DNA of 64,000 nucleotides from Candidatus Kapaibacterium sp. (GTDB lineage Bacteria > Bacteroidota > Ignavibacteria > Kapaibacteriales > UBA2268), in contig OY762428.1 in assembly GCA_963665665.1 (NCBI GenBank), forward strand, positions 3,360,001 to 3,424,000, read 5' to 3'. Both the position numbers and the translations under genes were made by a program. Within the stretch, counting starts at the first letter, position 1. Each line of letters begins with the position of its first letter. The notes under the pieces are model-generated. The model saw only the letters and a list, made by a program, of their open reading frames with translations, was not told the DNA's origin and searched no databases. Shown here piece by piece: positions 62,116 to 64,000 of this stretch.

Positions 62116-63630
62116 ATGAAAAAACTAATATTTTTAATATTTGTACTGTGTTCGGCTAAAACTTTCAGCGGCCAATTGCCAAAAATGATTGATAATGGCC
62201 TTGAATATAGCGGATTTTATGATATGTCGTATTATAACGGAAATGTATCGGTTCTCGCCAGGTATAAATTCTTTGATGAATTTACGCAAGCCGTAGTTAT
62301 ATCAAATATTGACGGAGAATGGAAGGAACTGCCATTGGAAGTGAAATCAGGCGATATTACCGGCTATTTAATGATATCCGGTACACAGTCAACAATAAAT
62401 TACGATTCTTCCGGCGGATTATGGGTATCGGGGTATTCGCTTTATAATTTTTCAGACGGAAAATGGCGTGAAATTTTCATAGATGATAGTTTCAGGGCAA
62501 TCCGCTCCTATCGACAGATGTGTATTGATAAATTCAATAATCTCTGGGCTACAACTAGGATATATAATTCCGAGACAAAGGAGCAGTATAGCGAGTTATT
62601 ACGTTTTAACGGTGTTAGTTTTGAAACTGTTTTAAAGTTCAATATGGCTGAGAGCTTTGTAAGAGTTGGGGGGGATGATTTTTATTCCTACAGTATGTCG
62701 GCTCTTCCTGACGGCAGAATAGCTCTTCTTAGGACAATGTCCCAGCTTGACGAGGACGTTTTAAATGGAGTTTTTGATAATTTCTATATTATCAATCAGG
62801 ACTTAAGCTATGAAAAGCAGATTCTGCAAACGGATTCTGGGCCGCAAGCGAAAATACACAATAAAAATGTATCGCAGATACTTTCGGATGATGCTGTAAA
62901 TATCTGGCTTGCAATGGGATCGTATTTTTATTATGATTCTCAGCAAATGAACAAAAGTTGTCGTTGTTGTTCAGGGCTTTCTTTGCTCAGGGATGATAAG
63001 TGGAAATTGTTCAACGAATCCGACGGGCTTGTTCGCGGCAGGGATTCCACTACCGAGCCGATCAATAGGATTATACGCCTTGATGATGAGCGCCTGTTTG
63101 CAATTGGCAGGAAGAGAGTTTATAATATTGACAGGAATAATAAATTGATAGAATTAAACTGGGAAGATATTCTTTCCGGATCAGAGTTTATCCTGTCTCA
63201 TCCATATTATCAGACCGATAAGGGAATTGCCTCATTAACGAAGGCTTTTGAATCTTTTGATGACGAGGAAATAGTTTCTGCTTGTAATAAGATGCGGCTT
63301 ATTGATCACGGCGATGGTAATTTCTGGATGCTAATGAATTCAGGTATCCTAATAATGCCAAAATCCGTTGTAACCGTAGTGGAAGAGAACAAAGGCAATG
63401 AACAAGCTTTGCTTTATCCTAATCCTGCTGGCGATATAATCAATATCAATAGCGCGGGTATGGAGTATTCCTATTCAATATTCAATATTATGGGTGAAAA
63501 ACTGATTTCAGGCAGTTCTTCTGTTTCTGAAATTAGCATTTCTTCTCTTCCTGTAGGAAGCTATTATATCCGGCTGCAATTTAATGCCGGTGAAAGTAAA
63601 ACAATCAATTTTATTAAATCAGACAATTAA
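62116..63630 (+). CDS. Beta-propeller-like secreted protein with T9SS CTD, copy 2
   Basis: 504-aa paralogue of 59652-61166. Confidence 0.8.
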   Translation: MKKLIFLIFVLCSAKTFSGQLPKMIDNGLEYSGFYDMSYYNGNVSVLARYKFFDEFTQAVVISNIDGEWKELPLEVKSGDITGYLMISGTQSTINYDSSGGLWVSGYSLYNFSDGKWREIFIDDSFRAIRSYRQMCIDKFNNLWATTRIYNSETKEQYSELLRFNGVSFETVLKFNMAESFVRVGGDDFYSYSMSALPDGRIALLRTMSQLDEDVLNGVFDNFYIINQDLSYEKQILQTDSGPQAKIHNKNVSQILSDDAVNIWLAMGSYFYYDSQQMNKSCRCCSGLSLLRDDKWKLFNESDGLVRGRDSTTEPINRIIRLDDERLFAIGRKRVYNIDRNNKLIELNWEDILSGSEFILSHPYYQTDKGIASLTKAFESFDDEEIVSACNKMRLIDHGDGNFWMLMNSGILIMPKSVVTVVEENKGNEQALLYPNPAGDIININSAGMEYSYSIFNIMGEKLISGSSSVSEISISSLPVGSYYIRLQFNAGESKTINFIKSDN

Positions 63631-63648
63631 TTCAGAGGATTTTTAGTA

Positions 63649-64000
63649 ATGAGAATATCAAAGTATTTTATTATTTGCCTGTTTATTTTGGCAACATTTA
63701 ATATTGGCTATGCGCAAAACGACTGTCCTCCGGGTATTAGCAACTGGACAACTGCTACGGCAAATCTTGATTTTGACGATTACGGCCCGGGCGGCAGCGT
63801 GGATTACCAGTATAATACTGACAATAATGTATTCAGTATTGTGATGGATTGGTCCACATTCCAGAATAATTCAGACTTTATATCAGACCTTGCACTGAAG
63901 AAACTTCTTGAAGAAGAAGCCGTTCGAAATCTTGTGCCCAATTATCCTGCCGGTTATAGCTGCGATATCAGGGTTTATTTTCAGTCTGCCTGTAAAGTAA
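63649..64000 (+). CDS. Cysteine-rich secreted protein paralogue, running off the window end
   Basis: Not in the ORF track; MRISKYFIICLFILATFNIGYAQNDCPPG...IVMDWST..NN..FISD..LK...YFQSACKV aligns with 61423-62103. Confidence 0.75.
   Translation, partial: MRISKYFIICLFILATFNIGYAQNDCPPGISNWTTATANLDFDDYGPGGSVDYQYNTDNNVFSIVMDWSTFQNNSDFISDLALKKLLEEEAVRNLVPNYPAGYSCDIRVYFQSACKV

Overview
A 64-kb low-GC bacterial chromosomal window. Several T9SS-type C-terminal sorting domains together with clear Shine-Dalgarno use suggest an FCB-group organism such as Ignavibacteriota/Kapabacteria (inference). Housekeeping genes are secA, smc, nusB, mlaE/mlaF, a pyrD-like gene, prolyl oligopeptidase, an AmpG-like MFS, a RelA/SpoT homologue and tRNA-Pro(TGG). 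They are interleaved with accessory blocks: (1) 11.5-16.8 kb, a co-oriented array in which an Rhs toxin/immunity remnant, ORF6N, a ParE-type TA pair and RhuM are each bounded by repeated Rhs-derived fragments; (2) 22-26.3 kb, four near-identical tandem Rpn/PD-(D/E)XK genes with a 4-aa length ladder in the tail; (3) 26.3-28.2 kb, tandem lipoproteins with hypervariable patches; (4) 28.7-31.9 kb, a 21-bp-periodic non-coding domain (two oppositely oriented arrays around an AT-rich core, REP-like hairpins in 21-bp register) interrupted by an IS3; (5) two paralogous modules of ECF sigma, predicted envelope-spanning anti-sigma/beta-barrel and lipoprotein that share an upstream promoter-like motif; (6) 59.3-64 kb, an alternating array of Cys-rich secreted proteins and T9SS beta-propeller-like proteins with a duplicated leader. 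All product calls come from motif recognition by eye; no database searches were run.
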